Assembly (NCBI RefSeq): GCF_009914755.1 | Contig: NC_060930.1 | Source: the human T2T-CHM13v2.0 reference genome, Homo sapiens | DNA length: 64,000 nucleotides | Strand: one strand, 5' to 3' | In this document: piece after piece, positions 29,401 to 44,563 of the stretch | How the letters are laid out: the number at the start of each line of letters is the position of its first letter | Position numbering within the stretch: the stretch's first letter is position 1 | Program-made: the position numbers and the translations under genes | The notes under the pieces: generated by a model | Told to the model about the DNA's origin: nothing | Database searches by the model: none | Seen by the model: only the letters and a program-made list of their open reading frames with translations

Positions 29401-31079
29401 TGACTAATGGTTGTTTATTTTTATGTCACCAAAGTCCAAACAGGACAGAGTAAGATGAGGATGGACAAGCCACAGTGCAAATGCAGAAGGACCTAAATGT
29501 TGGAAATTAATCCAGATAGCAAATGATACCTAGGTCAAAGAGTCTTGGCAATCTCTGGTAAATATTTTTCCCAGAAGGTTTCAAACATAATTCAAGTTTA
29601 TTTAAAAGTCTAAATCAGTTTCTTACAAACCAAAAAGGATTCCATCCTAATCAACTTGATACATATTAATATTAAATGATCATTTTAAGTTATTCTATCT
29701 TACTGGAAGAGTTTTAAATCAGTATTCTGAGATGATATACTTCAGTTGCCATAGAATTCCCTTTTGTCTTTTTTTTGTAATATAAAAGTATTCTTTCCTC
29801 CATCAACCAACATTTAAAATACATTTCTTTCATATTAGTGGAATTTTATGTGCCTGCTAAGTACCATGTGGAAATAATCAAGTCCCATTATGAACCCAAA
29901 GCCAATTCAGAACCAATTTCAAAGCAGTTTACCCACTTAGTATAAGCAGCTGTGCACTTTTACATTTACAGTTTCACATTTAAAATCCCTTTGTTTTAAT
30001 TTTGAATCTACTTCTTTGATATAAGCTAATTACTTTGGCAGGATCTGGACCATCCTGGGGTTTATATCATAGGGACTCACTGCTCACTGCACCAGGTGGC
30101 CAGCTGTGTATGACATCAGAAGATGTCTGGGAGGAAGACTGAGCATCTCCTGCAAGTTAACTAGTTTGCTTTCTTTGCTTCTAGGACTTTCACGGACTTT
30201 TTCAGATCACTCAGGCTTGGGTTCAGGCATTATTTCAGTTACTTGGAGAATGAACGCAGGTTCTCCACTAGCCTTATTCTCTTTCAGGGCCTTGGCCAGG
30301 AGTATCTGGTTCCTTGGCCATGTTTGTTGAGATTGGGCCTTATGGCCACCTCCAACTCATTTTCTTCCCCAGTTCCTGACCCTGAGGTCAGGTCAAGGGA
30401 ATGCAGATCCCCGGCAAAGGAGACACCGATGGAGGCAAATCAGAAACTCTCTCTAAGGCATTGAGGGCCTGAGTGATGACTCTGAAAAGGTCTACAATCA
30501 CCTGAGAAGTTGGGTATTTCTCAAAGAACAGATAGTAAGGATTTAAATGCAGCGTACCTCAGAGCAGATAAACTCCGACTCCCGCTTGAGAAAAGAACTC
30601 AATCATTTTATCTTGTTTTTGGAGCAACTAACTTGCCCACCTCACAGCAGGGAAAGGTTTGCTGGCCCCGGGCTCTGGCCTCTGGCCAGTCTTGCTAACT
30701 CACATGCCCTCTTCTTCATGTTAAAATTGAAGAGCACTGTCATGGCTTCACAAAGCTCTTTACGGGCATTGTCAGCGTGAACTTGCTTTCATTTTCCATA
30801 GTCACCAGCTCATGAGCCAGCTCGACAGCAGGTCCTGACAATGTTCTCTGTGACCTCACACCTCTGGACACCCACCCTAGGACTGTCTATTCCAGCCAGC
30901 TGTCCCTCCATGTTATCTGTACATATTCTGCCTCCACTCCAGGAACACCTCACGTTGTCCTGGTATTTTGGAAACTAGGTTTTATTGTGAAATTCAAAGA
31001 TGCTACTAAGGGACAATAGAGAAAGAAATATTCCAAGTACTTCGAATTAGGACAGATGACTTTAAAAAAACAACATTTT

Positions 31080-31434
<355 letters not shown>

Positions 31435-31489
31435 TCATGATCCCAGCCTTGGGAAGTGCCAGGGAAATAAGACTATGTACCAAGCACTG

Positions 31490-32290
31490 CACACATTCAC
31501 CTATTCAGCCTTGAGAGTAGTGTGGTAAACAGGATAGAAAATGTCTCTGCTCTAGTGGATCTTAATTCAAATTAGGTAAACAGGCAGTAAATAACTAAAT
31601 CAATAAGATAATTACAGATAGCAGGAAGTCATTTGAAGAAACATTACAACATTAAGGAATAGGGTGATGGGGTGGGATCTGCTAAGGGGCAGGTGGCTAG
31701 GTCTGCCTGTGAAGGCAGGATTTAAAAACAAACCTGAATGCTGAGAAGCAGAAAGTCATGCAAAGACCTGAAAGAAGAGCATTCTAAGCAGGAGGAAGGG
31801 GAGACATGAAGATCCTGAAGGAGGAATGGACTGCATCTGTTTGAAGAATAGAAGGAAGGCCAGCATATGTGCTAGAGGGCAGTGCCATGAGTTGGGGATG
31901 AGGACGAGAACTTGTGGGCAATGGTAATTCTCTCCACTCAGTCTCAGTGCAGTGGAGAGCCTTTGGAGGCTTTAAGCAGGGAGTAACATGATGCAATTCA
32001 TGCTATAAAAGATCACTTGGTTGCAGTGTGGAAAACAGATTATATAAGGAGAAGAGTGGAACAATTAGACATTATTTCTGTACCTCAGGCAGGAGATGAT
32101 GGTAACTTTGATGTGAGCATTGGAGGCAGAAGAGAGGAGAATGGATGCAGGATGCATTTTGGAGGGAGATCTGATGAAATTTGTGATGGATTAGATGTGG
32201 GTGATAAGAGAAAGCTATGGAAAGAATGAAATCAAGGATGAGCAAGTAGGTGAGTAATGGTAATATTTACTGAGATGAGGAAGACTCCAT
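31490..32290 (-). mobile_element. L2 LINE fragment
   Basis: GAAGAGCATTCTAAGCAGGAGGAA...TGTTTGAAGAATAGAAGGAAGGCCAG...TTTAAGCAGGGAGTAACATGAT...AAAAGATCACTTGGTTGCAGTGTGGA...GATGGATTAGATGTGGG...TTTACTGAGATGAGGAAGACT, typical antisense L2. Confidence 0.8.
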
Positions 32291-32399
32291 TTCTCCCAGC
32301 AGCCCTTTAAGTTGGGTTCACCTATCCCACCCTATTCCTGTATCTATTTTATTCTATATCTATACATCTAACCTTTATCTATATTGTTCCTATATATAC

Positions 32400-32530
32400 T
32401 ATAATGCAGAATGGAAAACCAAACCTTAGAACTATAGGGTAACTTGGCCAAGGACACAAAATTAGAATGCAGTGAGCAGGGATTTGAGCCTGTTCTGCCT
32501 GAGTCCAGGGTCTGTGTCATAATCACCACT
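32400..32530 (-). mobile_element. MIR fragment
   Basis: GGGTAACTTGGCCAAGGACACA...GCAGGGATTTGAGCC...CTGCCTGAGTCCAGGGTCTGTG. Confidence 0.6.
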
Positions 32531-33180
32531 TTGAGATTATCTTTTGCTTACCAGCCAACAACTACTATTGTGAATCTTTTTATTTCCTTTCAGCCATAAG
32601 ACATATATTATATTTTAAAACATCTCTGACATATAGCGTATAAGTGCACTAGCTTTCTCATCAGCTATTATAATATAAGGGTATTGTTCAACACTTCATA
32701 ATATTATCTTCTATGCAAATTATCATCCTGCAAATATTTCTTTACAAGAGAATAAAACTATGAGCATCAATGTATGGGGAAGAAACTGGTAAATGGCCTA
32801 ATAATATTTACATAAGGGAGAAAAATAAAAAAAAGTTTATCTGATTCAGTATTTCTCTAAAGTTTTCATTTGAGAATTTATATATGAAACATCTATGCTT
32901 TTAATATAAAGCATCTTGTTGCATATTATTATATTTATTAGTAACTATTTTTAAAAGCGACTAGTTTTACTCTTTAAAGTTATCTTCAAGCCTTCAATAC
33001 CTTCTAAAAAATATATTCTAGTCACAGTGCTGAGTTGGTGAGTAGCTCACCTGTTTATCAGTATGGAGCTCGGCGTGACAGTGCACACTCTGCCTCATTG
33101 CTTTATCCTGACTCCCTTGGTTTCAAGTAACGGATGCCCAATTTGGCTAGTTCAAGTGATGATAATAACACTATTAATAT

Positions 33181-33690
33181 TGTCTTGGACTGGGTTACCT
33201 GGAAAGTAGAGATTGAAGTGAACAGGGATTTTAAAATCTGAGTTGTATATGACAGGTGCAAACCTAGGGGAGCCAGAATGAGTAAGAAGGGAAACTACGC
33301 AAAGACAGATGGGAAATCAGTGGGATGGGAAACATTACCACCTTGGCTCCTGCTTCCAGAATGGCCAAGTCATTCAGCCGGTCTACCGGGAACTTCTCCA
33401 GAGAGGTCAAAGGGAGAAACTGTACCTTGCAGCAGTCCAGGGATGCAGGGAGGGGACTATATCTACCTGATTCCCTCTTATCCCTTTCCCATTGATCAGA
33501 GTTTGCTCCATGGGGGGTTCAACTCCCTGTCACTTCTAGCTTGCATCACAAGGCAGCTTCAGTGGCTGCTCAGGGTGTTTTGCCCAGCTACCTGGGTTGG
33601 CCAAGGGTGAGGATCCTGCATTTCCAGAAATGTGGGCTGTCTAGGAGGTGAGAGGTAGAGATAATTTAAAGAGATGCATGAGATTTGTTT
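33181..33690 (-). mobile_element. ERVL solo LTR (LTR16/LTR33-like)
   Basis: TGTCTTGGACTGGGTTACCTGGAAAGTAGAGA...CCCATTGATCAGAGTTTGCTCCATGGGGGGTTCAACTCCCTGTCACTTC resemble antisense LTR16/LTR33 motifs. Confidence 0.55.
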
Positions 33691-33719
33691 CTGATATATC
33701 GGAATGGTGTTGGGCTGAG

Positions 33720-33885
33720 CAGTGTGCTTGAATTATCTTATTGAAACCTCATAAAAACCCTATGAGGTATGAAGTACCTATTAGTAGCCTCAATTTACAG
33801 ATAGGAAAACTTAAATAAGTGATAGAGTGAGAGTCTTACTTACATAGGCAGTTGGATCCTAGAGCTCACAACTTAATCACTATAT
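33720..33885 (-). mobile_element. MIR fragment
   Basis: CCTCATAAAAACCCTATGAGGTA...CAATTTACAGATAGGAAAACT. Confidence 0.65.
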
Positions 33886-34276
33886 GTTCGTTTTAAAAAG
33901 CCATGGAAGAGTACAAAGGAGATTATTAAATGAATGAAAATCCAGGGAAATACACAGTGGGCTCTTCTGAGAAAAAGCGTTGGGAACTGAACTGCCACTG
34001 GGAGCCAGTCCTCCTAGAGGTCGCAGGGTCTCATCCTTCAGGCATATCTGCTTCTTTGTATGATTCTTGGCCTTTTCCTTACCCTATGCATCAGCCTCCT
34101 CTGACCCTCCCCTACCTTTGACTACTGCACAGTGATAACCTTCCCACACTTTATGTGGCTTCTCTGACCCTGATTCTACTCATCATATCTTCTCACACTC
34201 TACCCTTGTGCTACGCTGTGTCTGTGTCCTGTTTTTCCACTTCCACATTTCTCAGGGAAGCATTGGCCCAACAGGG

Positions 34277-34730
34277 CAGTTAGGGTGTTTTGGTTGCAAA
34301 CAATAGAAAATAAGTCTATTATATTCTATTACAAGTGAATTCATTAAAAACTCAGATTACCAGAACCTGTTTGGAATTTATGGGACCTAAGAATTTCCAC
34401 TAAGTCTTAGAAGCAAGACCTGATGGATGCCCCATGTATGTTATGAGCCCTGGAATGTCCTTTTTCCTTTCTGCCTTGGCATAACATGGCCTAAAGTTCA
34501 AGCCCTGGAAAAGTGTGTCTGATTGGCCAAGTATAAGTGATGTACCAGCCCTTAGTTATGCCAGGTAATAACAGAGAAATTAGTTGAAATTAGTTGAAGA
34601 AATTAGTTAAAATTAGTGAATCCAGTGATGCCTGGATTTACTTTCCCAACAAGATTGAACATAATCGGGGAGCTAATTACCTAGAAGGCTAATAGGATGC
34701 TAGAAGGAAGTGGGTGATAAATGTTGTGTA
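34277..34730 (-). mobile_element. Old MaLR LTR (MLT1K/L-like)
   Basis: CAGTTAGGGTGTTTTGGTTGCAAACAATAGAAAA and TCTGATTGGCCAAG...ATGTACCAGCCCTTAG. Confidence 0.45.
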
Positions 34731-37149
34731 GACAAAATACGGAAACTGTGTTCCATTCCTCTTCATCTTTTAGTTTATCACAGCACATGACTCATCATTT
34801 GCTGATGAGACTATAAGTGGGCTGTTGTTTAAAGTTGTGGCCAGCCTTAATGCATTTCAAAGTAAAATAGAAATGACCTTCCAATTATCTGCTACTTTGA
34901 ATTATTTATGATGCCACTTCCTTCTGTTTGCACATCCTACATCTGATCATGGAAAATGATTATCAGATAAAACTTTGGCATCTTCTTTCTTTATTTACAA
35001 ACACTTCTTCAGCATTGGTCTTTTATTTACTACTGTGGCAGGTGTTGTGGGAGATAGGGGAGCACTGCATAAGATGTGATTATCGTTTTCTAGGTGCTTG
35101 GAACTGAACATAGGAAACAATAGAAAATAGTATGGATAAAAGAATATAAAACAGTACATAATTAAAGACAAAAATTTCATCTATGTGTATAGTGGAGGTT
35201 GAGTATAACTTATGTTAATGTGTGAGGAGCTAGGCGAAATGTGTAATTTAAATCTTGAAAGGATACAGTTGATCTGGGAAAGATAAATTTGTGGTGTGGT
35301 AGCTAGTTGATCTATGTCCAGACTATGTTCATCTAAATTACAATTTTTGCTATTCACTTGTTCCAAAAGGTAGGATAGAAGTTTATTTAGAGTCTATGTC
35401 TCTTCTTCAGTGTGCTGCTTATAAAGATTTTGTACCAGGGTCATTCTCCTTGGCCATCATCCTATGTAGCCTCACAGGAAGGTGTCACAGTTCTGCTATT
35501 TCTAAATGTCACAGGCCCAGCCCACCTGTCTACTGCCATCTTTCTACTGTGAATGTCATGAAACGCCTCTGGGAGCATAAATAACTTTATTACTAAGCTG
35601 TAAAGTAGAGCAAGTTATTAATATTGTATGAAATGCATTCAATTCACTTTTTACCTCTAATAGGGTGAGATCTCACTATATTCTGGAAAGTATATCCTTC
35701 AAACTGCTGAGTAGCATGTATTGAATTAACTGAATTAGGAAGCCCCATTGCTGCTGGAAATTTGGACTGCAAGCTTGTTTTAATAAGTTCAAGTTTACTT
35801 CTGAGATCATCATTTTCTTTAGGAATTCAATTCAATAAGGCTGCCTAACTCTGACAGTAAGTACGAGAAATTAGATTTTATTGTGAAGTATAAACAGGCC
35901 TGCAATTGATGATATAAGACTCTAAACATCATCAAGAGGCTTGTGGACTGCTTTGCTATGGGAAGTAATTGACACTGAAAGCTTTTGGAAACTGAAGTTT
36001 ATAGCACTGGGCCCAAATCAATGATATTTTATTTTATTTTATTTGAGGTATTTGAATAGGGCGTTAGTTGGCATGTTCTAATACCATGTGATGAAGCCCA
36101 AGTTTGGGCAAAGTATTAACCTCCTCTACAACAAACAGAAGTTAGACAAGGTTTTAAAATTACCACCAGATCTTTGAGGAACAGAGGAAGAAAGTGTTCT
36201 AGAGATACCACAAACTGAGCTTCATTTGATGTGGGTTTATTTCTCGTGGGCCACTAATAATCACATGTTAAATTTTCTCCTCCATATTTAAAGATTGAGA
36301 GTCCATCCTACCCTTTATTATAAGTTGATTAAAAAACAAGACTCTCTAAAAAACTCAAAATACTGGGTTCTAGTCCTGGATTTTCCACCAGGTCACAAGA
36401 TTCTTAGCCTTTATGTGTCCAGTGACAAGAAACATGACTCGTAACCTCGGTTTGCACAATCTTCTCTCAGGAACTTCCCAGGGAATGTGCAATTTCTGGC
36501 TCACAAGCAGGGAATAAGCTGATTCATTCTTCTGCTCAAGAATGAATCTTGGAATGCAAATGAGCATGTTATAGGAATAATCAAAATGTGATCTAATTTC
36601 TGAAAAAAAGTAATAATTTTCAACTGTTACTCTTTTATTATGAGTAACAAACTACTTGTGACATATTTTCAAGCCATGGTGACCTACTGTGAACACCTGG
36701 CTGGGAACTGCCACATTTGCAGTCTGGCTGACCATGAATGAACCAGTTAATTCCTCTGTTCTTCACACTCCTTACGTGTAGGCATCTTCCAGTTCTGAAT
36801 TTCTACAAGTACTGTCACCCAGCAGTAACCAATCCACGTGGGGCTACTCTCTATATATTTGTATCATGAGAACATAAGAAATTGCCTTGCTTGTTAAGTC
36901 TTACAGTTCCTTTAACACCAAATTCTGAATTTGACAATGGCACAGGAATATGATTTGGAGTATGTAATTATTTTCACTGGCATTCAAATAAAGGTTTATG
37001 GCTACTCCCTTGAAAATATTCACATGTTCTTCAAGGTCCATGTTGGATCTGTCAACTATTAACACATAATGAATGCAATAATATTATGATACAAATATTA
37101 GTGTGATGTAAATACAAAATATATATCTGCAATCCTTTCCAGCCCTTGG

Positions 37150-37240
37150 GGCACTAGCCTGTAAGTTCCAGGAGAACCCGGACTGTCTGATTTGTTCACT
37201 GTTCCATCCTCAGAGCCTGGCACAGAAGAGATGTCCAGTA
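37150..37240 (+). mobile_element. L2 3' end
   Basis: CACTAGCCTGTAAGTTCCAGGAG...TTTGTTCACTGTTCCATCCTCAGAGCCTGGCACAG. Confidence 0.7.
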
Positions 37241-38588
37241 ATATTACATCCAGTAATATTTTTGGGTCAATTAAAAGATTCCATAGTAATTCCTTAATAT
37301 GTAAGGTAGAGGTTTTAAAATTATTATTACCCGGTCTTGTTTGTTTACACATGAAACAAACCCAGCTTTAAAGAACTCAAATAAAAAGGAAAAGATGCTG
37401 TTTGTGTGATTAATTCTAGAACAAAAGGTGTGTGCCTGGTCTTGGGAGCAACTCTCAGGGGTCCAAATCAGCAGGCTTTCTGTCTCCATCTCTCATACCT
37501 CATTTACCCCAGTGTCCTCCATAAGGTGACTCATAGTCACAGGTAGCATGTCAGTCACATTTCAGTTTCCCCATCAGAGAGGGGTTTCCTCCTTTCCTTA
37601 GTTTCAGTTTGACTCTGTTATTTTTACTCACTCTTAGCAGCAAAGGTTAGGAGACAGGGTAAAGTTCAGTAGAAGGCCTTTTGTCAAGGATTTGCTAGTT
37701 CATGTTTAAACATGGGTTAAAGAAGGTTAAAAGGGATATTTCTTAAACATTTTTATTATACCTTTAATTGATTTGCCAATCTTGTGATGTAAAGCCAGGA
37801 TCTTTTTTTTAAATTATTAAACTGACACTGTTGTTTGGAGCTACAGCTTGTTCTTCTTGATAAAAACTGACCCATCCATGCATCATACTTTTCAACTGTG
37901 ACTTCTTTAAAATGGAGCAAAGATTTAATGATACTTGCAATATATCTGAGTGAAGAATCCATCTGGATGTTTAAAAATTTCCCTTCAATTGTGTATAATG
38001 GTATTTCCCATAATTAATTTGTCAGGATATTTTTGTTTGTTTTGTGATTTCCTTTATCAAGTTTTCCCAAAGCTTTCAGAATACATTTCACAGAAATAAA
38101 GCTTTCATTTTTGCTGTGCTCATTTTATGTTTGTTTAATATTTAATGAGATTACTTGCTTATCATAACTAGTAAAACTGTTATAAAGATGTGAGAACAAA
38201 TGCAATAGACTTTTGATTACTATGCAACTCAAAAGGGGCAATTGAAGTATGCAGACATTCTGAGAGATGCTGCCTAGCCACAGTGCTCAGTGGGTCCTGG
38301 ATACCTGCTGGTCTTTTTAGCAGGTGAATGAAAAGCATCTGTTGTTCTGGTGATTCACATCTAACAAAGGTAACACTGAGCAGTGTATGGGAGGGACAGA
38401 TAGGCACACGTACAGACACACAATGCATAATGGGGTGGTTTGCAATAAAGATATGTACTGTGAGAGAAAAGCAATTCTGCCCAAGGGTAGGATGTAAGTT
38501 GGAGCTACTTCTTTAAGAACAGCAAAGAAAAGAAAGAAAACAGCAAATACCAAAGCAGGGATGTATAAAAGAATATTACAGAGCTTGT

Positions 38589-40385
38589 CAGAGAGCCAAA
38601 TCATGAAAGAACTCTCATTCACAATTGCTACAAAAAGAATAAAATACCTAGGAATACAGCTAACAAGGAAAGTGAAGGACCTCTTCAAGGAGGACTACAA
38701 ACCACTGCTCAAGGAAATCATAGATGACACAAACAAACGGAAAAGCATTCCATGCTCATGAACAGGAAGTATCAATATCGTGAAAATGTCCATACTGCCC
38801 AAAGTAATGTGTAGATTCAATGCTATTCCCATTAAACTACCCATTGACATTCTTGACAGAATTAGAAAAAACTATTTTTAAATTCACATGGAACCATAAA
38901 AAAGCCTGAATATCCAGGACAATCCTAAGCAAAAAGAACAAAGCTGGAGGGATCACATTACCCAACTTCAAACTATACTACCAGGCTACAGTAACCAAAA
39001 CAGCATGGTACTGGTACAAAAACTGACATATAGACCAATGGAACAGAATAGAGAACTCAGAAATGAGACCAGAGGCCTACAATCATATGATCTTCGACAA
39101 AGCTGACAAAAACAAGCAATGAGGAAATGATTACCTTTTTAATAAATGGTGCAGGATAGATAACTGGCTAGCCATATGCAGAAAATTCAAACTGGACCCC
39201 TTCCTTACACTTTAGACAAAAATTAACTCAAGATGGATTAAAGACTTAAATGTAAAACCCAAAACTATAAAAACCTAGAAGAAAATCTAGGCAATACCAT
39301 TCAGGACCTAGGCACAGGCAAAGATTTCATGACAAAAATGCCAAAAGCAATTGCAACAAAAGCAAAAATTGACAAAGCGGATCTAATTAAACTAAAGAGC
39401 TTCCACACAGCAAAATAAACTATCAGAGTGAACAGACAACCTACAGAATGGGAGAAAATTTTTGCTATCTATCCATCTGAAAAAGGTCTACTATCTAGAG
39501 TCTACAAGGAACTTAACAAATTTACAAGAAAAAAAAACATTAAAAAGTTAACAAAGGACATGAACATACATTTCTCAAAAGAAAACATTCATGTGGCCAA
39601 AAAACATATGAAAAAAAGCTCAACGTCACTGGTCATTAGAGAAATGTAAATCAAAACCACAATGAGATATCATCTAGTGCCAGTCAGAATGGCTCTCATT
39701 AAAATGTCAAGAAACAACAGACTCTGGTGAAGTTGCAGAGAAAAAGGAATGCTTTGACACTGCCGGTGGGAATGTAAATTAGTTCAACCATTGTGAAAAT
39801 AGTGTGGTGATTCCTCAAAGACCTAGAGGCAGAAATATCATTTGACCCAGCAATCTCATTACTGGGTATATACCCAAGGAAATATAAATCATTCTATATT
39901 CTATAAATCATGCGCTTGTATGTTCACTGCAGCACTATTCACAATACCAAAGACATGGAGTTAATCCAAATGTCCATCACTGATAGACTGGATAAAGAAA
40001 ATGTGGTACATATACACCATGGATTGCTAGGCAGCCATAAAAAGGAACGAGGTCATGTCCTTTGCAGGGGCATGGATGGAGGTGGAAGCTGTTATCCTTA
40101 GCAAACTAACACAGGAACAGAAAACCAAACACTGCATGTTCTTACTTATAAATAGGCACTGAACAATAAGAACAATGGACACAGGGTGGGGAACAACACA
40201 CATTGGTGCCTGTGTGGTGGGAGGGGGGACAGGAGAGCATCAAGAAGAATAGCTAAGGGATGTTGGGCTTAATACCTAGGTGATGGGCTGATCTGTGCAG
40301 CAAACCACCATGGCACACATTTACCTATGTAACGAACCTGCACATCCTGCACATGTACCCTGGAACTTAAAAGTTGAAGAAAAGA
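38589..40385 (+). mobile_element. 5'-truncated older L1PA (about L1PA10-13), ~1.8 kb, with perfect 17-bp TSD
   Basis: Decayed ORF2 ([20 protein letters not shown]...) and 3' UTR GGAGAGCATCAAGAAGAATAGCTAA...GCAGCAAACCACCATGGCAC. AATATTACAGAGCTTGT at 38572-38588 and 40386-40402. Confidence 0.95.
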
Positions 40386-42313
40386 AATATTACAGAGCTT
40401 GTGACGACTTACAGTCGGGGGTCCTAGATTATTAAAAACTGAGGAAATGTCAAAAAAAATTCATAAAAATTGTGTTATATTTTGAGTTGCCACATTTAAC
40501 AAATATAAACCACTAGCACACACACATAAAAATGCTGTCCCTAAAGAAGATATCCAGGCAGTATGGGCCACCAATAGTGCATGTTTAAGACTGTGTGATG
40601 AATAGCTGAATGATGACATACCCTGTCAGTGTGTTTATGTGACTCTCTATATAATATCATTTGGAGATAATGCCAAAAGCATAACTTTGAAGTGGCAATA
40701 AATGCTAAACCATAGCAAAATGGCTGTTTGCCACACACACCTCCCTGCTCATGTACACCTGGAGCAGGTGACTGCAAACTGAACGTGGTAGGCAATGGAT
40801 AACATGTAGGGTAGATTTTAAAGAACTACCAGAACTAAGCAATAATGGGAGGTGAGACAAATCATGAAGAACTTTGCAGCTATGCTCAGAAATTTGGAAT
40901 AAAGGCAAAAGAGATCTCAAGAGTTCCCTTCTCTGAAAAAAAGATAGTGACAATGACAAGCCAATACTTGCATTTTCCCATTCTTTATGTCACTTTCTTA
41001 AAAGACTGTGATCTTCTGCTAAAAATATCGAGTGGACTCAGAATTAAATACCAAATCATCGTGTACCCATCGAACAAGATGACAAAAACATTGAAAAATA
41101 GCCTTAGTTGAGTAACTTGGGATGTGGAGTGATCTGGCTTAAAGATGGAATTTTGGCTTATGTTGAATATGAAAAATGTTCAAGAAAATGCTCAGCACAG
41201 GAGGGTTGCACAAATTCTGATGTAGATAAAGCATCTTAGGATCCCACAGGTTCTGCTGTTCTTCTACAGGCTTCCACCATCATCACTCACTCTGACATAA
41301 TCTACAAGGGATTTGGCTGGCGATGTCTCTCCCTCCTCTGGTGCCATATCTTTACCCTAGCAGGTATGGTTCCTGGTGATAGATGTCATAAACATGCACA
41401 GACAGCGTGAACATAAAAAGGTTGTGGTGTCTTAAAGAAAAAAAACAGCAGGGAGAGTGATGCTAGCTGTCAACGAATGTGATGATAAAGCCTATTTTTT
41501 TATACTTGTTAATAACTTGAAGCTTTTTAAAGAAAAAAGGAGTATGCATTTGGAAACATTATGAGGAAGAATAACCTTTAATTGAAGGAAGTATATCTGA
41601 CAGTAAGTCATGGATGAATTTTTAAGAGGAAAGAATACTACTATAATGATTTCCATAAACTGGAAAAAATCATGAGGCAGTTGACAGGTTTTCAAGCATT
41701 AAAACTTTCCTTTTAGCCTTGAGTCATAGAGTTTGATTCTTTCAGGCTTGACCAGGCACTGACAGGGCTAACATGTTGACTCTCAACGCAACTGATTGAA
41801 TAGATTAAGAAAGATTTTAAGCTATATCTGACATTTCTAGAAGTCATGCAAATATAAAACTGTTTAAAATTTTGATGTTCACTTATCTCGACTAATTTTA
41901 TTTTTCACATGGAATTAAAAGATCTTATTTAAATGATAAAATGATGGAAATTTACAATTCCATTGTTGATCAATAATATAACAGAATTTTAAAAAGCCAA
42001 TTTGAAATAGTAGATAGGGTACAGGTAGTGAAATGAGAAGGTTAAACTCTGAAGTCTTTGCAATAATGATTAGACTCAGACACCTGCAAGGGCCCTGAAA
42101 TGGTAATTTGTTGGGCTTTGTTTAAGAAATGCAGTTGTGAACTGCAGTTTAGGTGACCTGTCACCATTAGGACTTGCCTGTTTTGACCTTAGAGTTTCTA
42201 GCTCTGCTCAGTTCTCAAAGGAAGAATCCATCTATTCTGTTTATTAGACTCATGAATGAATCCAAACCAGCATAAATGGCAATTGCATATCGTGGTATAG
42301 AAGTTTCTCCTTC

Positions 42314-42448
42314 GGTTGGAAGCAGTGGATCACACTTGTAATCCCAGCAATTTGGGAGACTGAGGAGGGTGGATTACTTGAGGCCAGGAGTTTGAGACCA
42401 GCCTGGGCAACACGGCGAAACTGTCTCTACCAAAAAAAAAAAAAAAAA
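42314..42448 (+). mobile_element. Free left Alu monomer (FLAM_C-like)
   Basis: Single left arm (…GGATTACTTGAGGCCAGGAGTTTGAGACCAGCCTGGGCAAC…) ending in poly(A). TSD AAGTTTCTCCTTC (42301-42313) / AAGTTTCTTCTTC (42447-42459). Confidence 0.9.
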
Positions 42449-44520
42449 GTTTCTTCTTCATTTCTGCCTTTCATAAGTTATTGATTTGATTGAGATAATT
42501 AAACTATAATTGTATTATGTGTTGCTACTGCCATTTACCCACACTAGTTTTACATATATTAATCTATTTTTAGGTGAAGGTGGTGGTTCACCAAGGGCAG
42601 CATTTTTTATTATGACTCACAATAAGAAATGTATTGTATGTCAACTTAATATATATAAATATAAATTTATAATATCAACACATATTAATAAAAATTCTCT
42701 ATTATGTAAGAATTTTATATACAAAATATTTATATATCTATATAATATTTACATAGAAATTACATAATTATATATATGAATGAAAGTCTCACAAAACAAG
42801 CCTTATTCTTACCACTAGTGATGCCCACTGACAGGACCCCATAGGGTGTGTAGCACTCCCAAATCAGTGTCTCAACACTATTCTGGCAGCCCAATCTCAT
42901 ACAATTCTGCAAAAGAAATCCTGTGCCAGCCGGCAAGAGTAATTCCCTCACCAGGCCACCTCCTGGAACCAGGGTCCAGCCACAGGGCCCCAGGATGACC
43001 CCACTGGCCAGAGTTTCAACTATTTGGGGGCATCTGGTTGACCCTACATGAGGGCGAACGGTTGTAGAGTGGGGCATTCCAAAAAGGAGGAATAGGAAAT
43101 GGGACCTATGGGAGTCTCTGACCAGCACTGCTGGCCCCATCTAGTACTACGCACTGTGAGGAAGCCACTGCAGTGAGTGGTGGGAAAAGATGCTAAGATT
43201 ACCGCCCTCTGATCTATTTTACTCTATGCTATTATATTTCACAATTTTAAAATGTCTTGTGACCCTCTAGACTGACAATTTCCTATCATTGTACGTCTTT
43301 CTGTCTTTCCATTCAGTGTCCTGGGAGAGAGAATTTGATCAACCGAGTTTGAATAAAGTGTCTATGTCTGCACTAATCAGCAGTGTACAAGAGGAAAGGA
43401 GAGTGGGATCCTGAGGTCCAGGTATGGCCATTTTCCATCCCAAAACTCCTGCATGAAAGAGATGCATTTCAGCAGTGGGTATCCTGCAAGCCAAGCAGCC
43501 ACCCTAGATGGCATTTAATAGAGAGACAAATAGCCTGAGGATTTGGGGCCCCAGGCCTAAACTTCTCAAGGGCTGTAGTCCAAGGGATGTTGACAAGTAA
43601 GAAATATTACATGATTTTATGGAAGGAGAGTCCAACAAATGAAAGGATGAGTGATTTACTCAGAGTCACGTGGGGAAGAGACAAGGCTAGATCCATGTCT
43701 CTTATTCCCAGTCCATGACACCTTGTTACTTATTCAATGCAATGGACTCAGAAATCTATTGGCATTAAAACTACTTCAAAAAAAGCACACACACATAATC
43801 CTAGTTAGTAAGATGCTCTTCAGAAAGCTGTGTCACTGCTACATATCTTATGTAGTATTATAAGGGCTTGTTTGATCATTTGCCCTGGTACTCATAAAGG
43901 TCCAGCAATCTGTGATTTCCTGTGACACATCTTTTTCCTTTTTTATTAGATTGGAAAAGCATTTTCCTTCTTTCATCTTCAGAAGTTTCTTTATGTCCTT
44001 TATAATTCCTCAAAATGATTGAATAGTGGCTCTGTAGTGACAGCAGTAAAGCAATTTGTGATCTTTCAAAAAGATGCAGTGCAAGTAAAAATTATTACTC
44101 TGTGTTAACAAAGTAACATATGACACCTAATATATTTTACTCTGATCCTCATGTCCATAACTGGCTTTTCCAGAATTATGACTATGAAAGTATATCTTTA
44201 AAATGTGAAACAGACATTGGTCAAACTGGAAAAAAAGATTTGTATACTTTTTTTTTCTTTTTAAGAGTCAGTGGGGTTATAGCCATAGGCATTTGCAGAA
44301 GCATTAACTGCTACTGTGTGAGGACATTTGCAGCCCCAAGTTAAGCTTTCTATTTTTCTTTCTGGGTCTCTTTCAGAGCCCTGGTAAAAAGATTTTTTAG
44401 TATATATCCAAAAACCCAAGACAAGGGCCCTCACTTGATCTGAATTTATGATGGCCACATTACACTTGCTGACTACCCCATGATATCTCTGCAATGAAGA
44501 GTAATGCTTTACAAGTATCG

Positions 44521-44521
<1 letters not shown>

Positions 44522-44562
<41 letters not shown>
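44522..44562. repeat. (TG)20 microsatellite
   Basis: Read directly. Confidence 0.98.

Positions 44563-44563
<1 letters not shown>

Noticed and set aside
26800-30105. Weaker CTCF-like motifs (CCTAGAGGGGGCAC near 26801, GCACCAGGTGGCCA near 30089)
   Set aside because: Three mismatches each to the core; expected by chance in 64 kb.
36088-36218. Possible C/D box snoRNA (GTGATGA ... CTGA)
   Set aside because: No terminal stem, no recognisable rRNA guide and no supported host intron.
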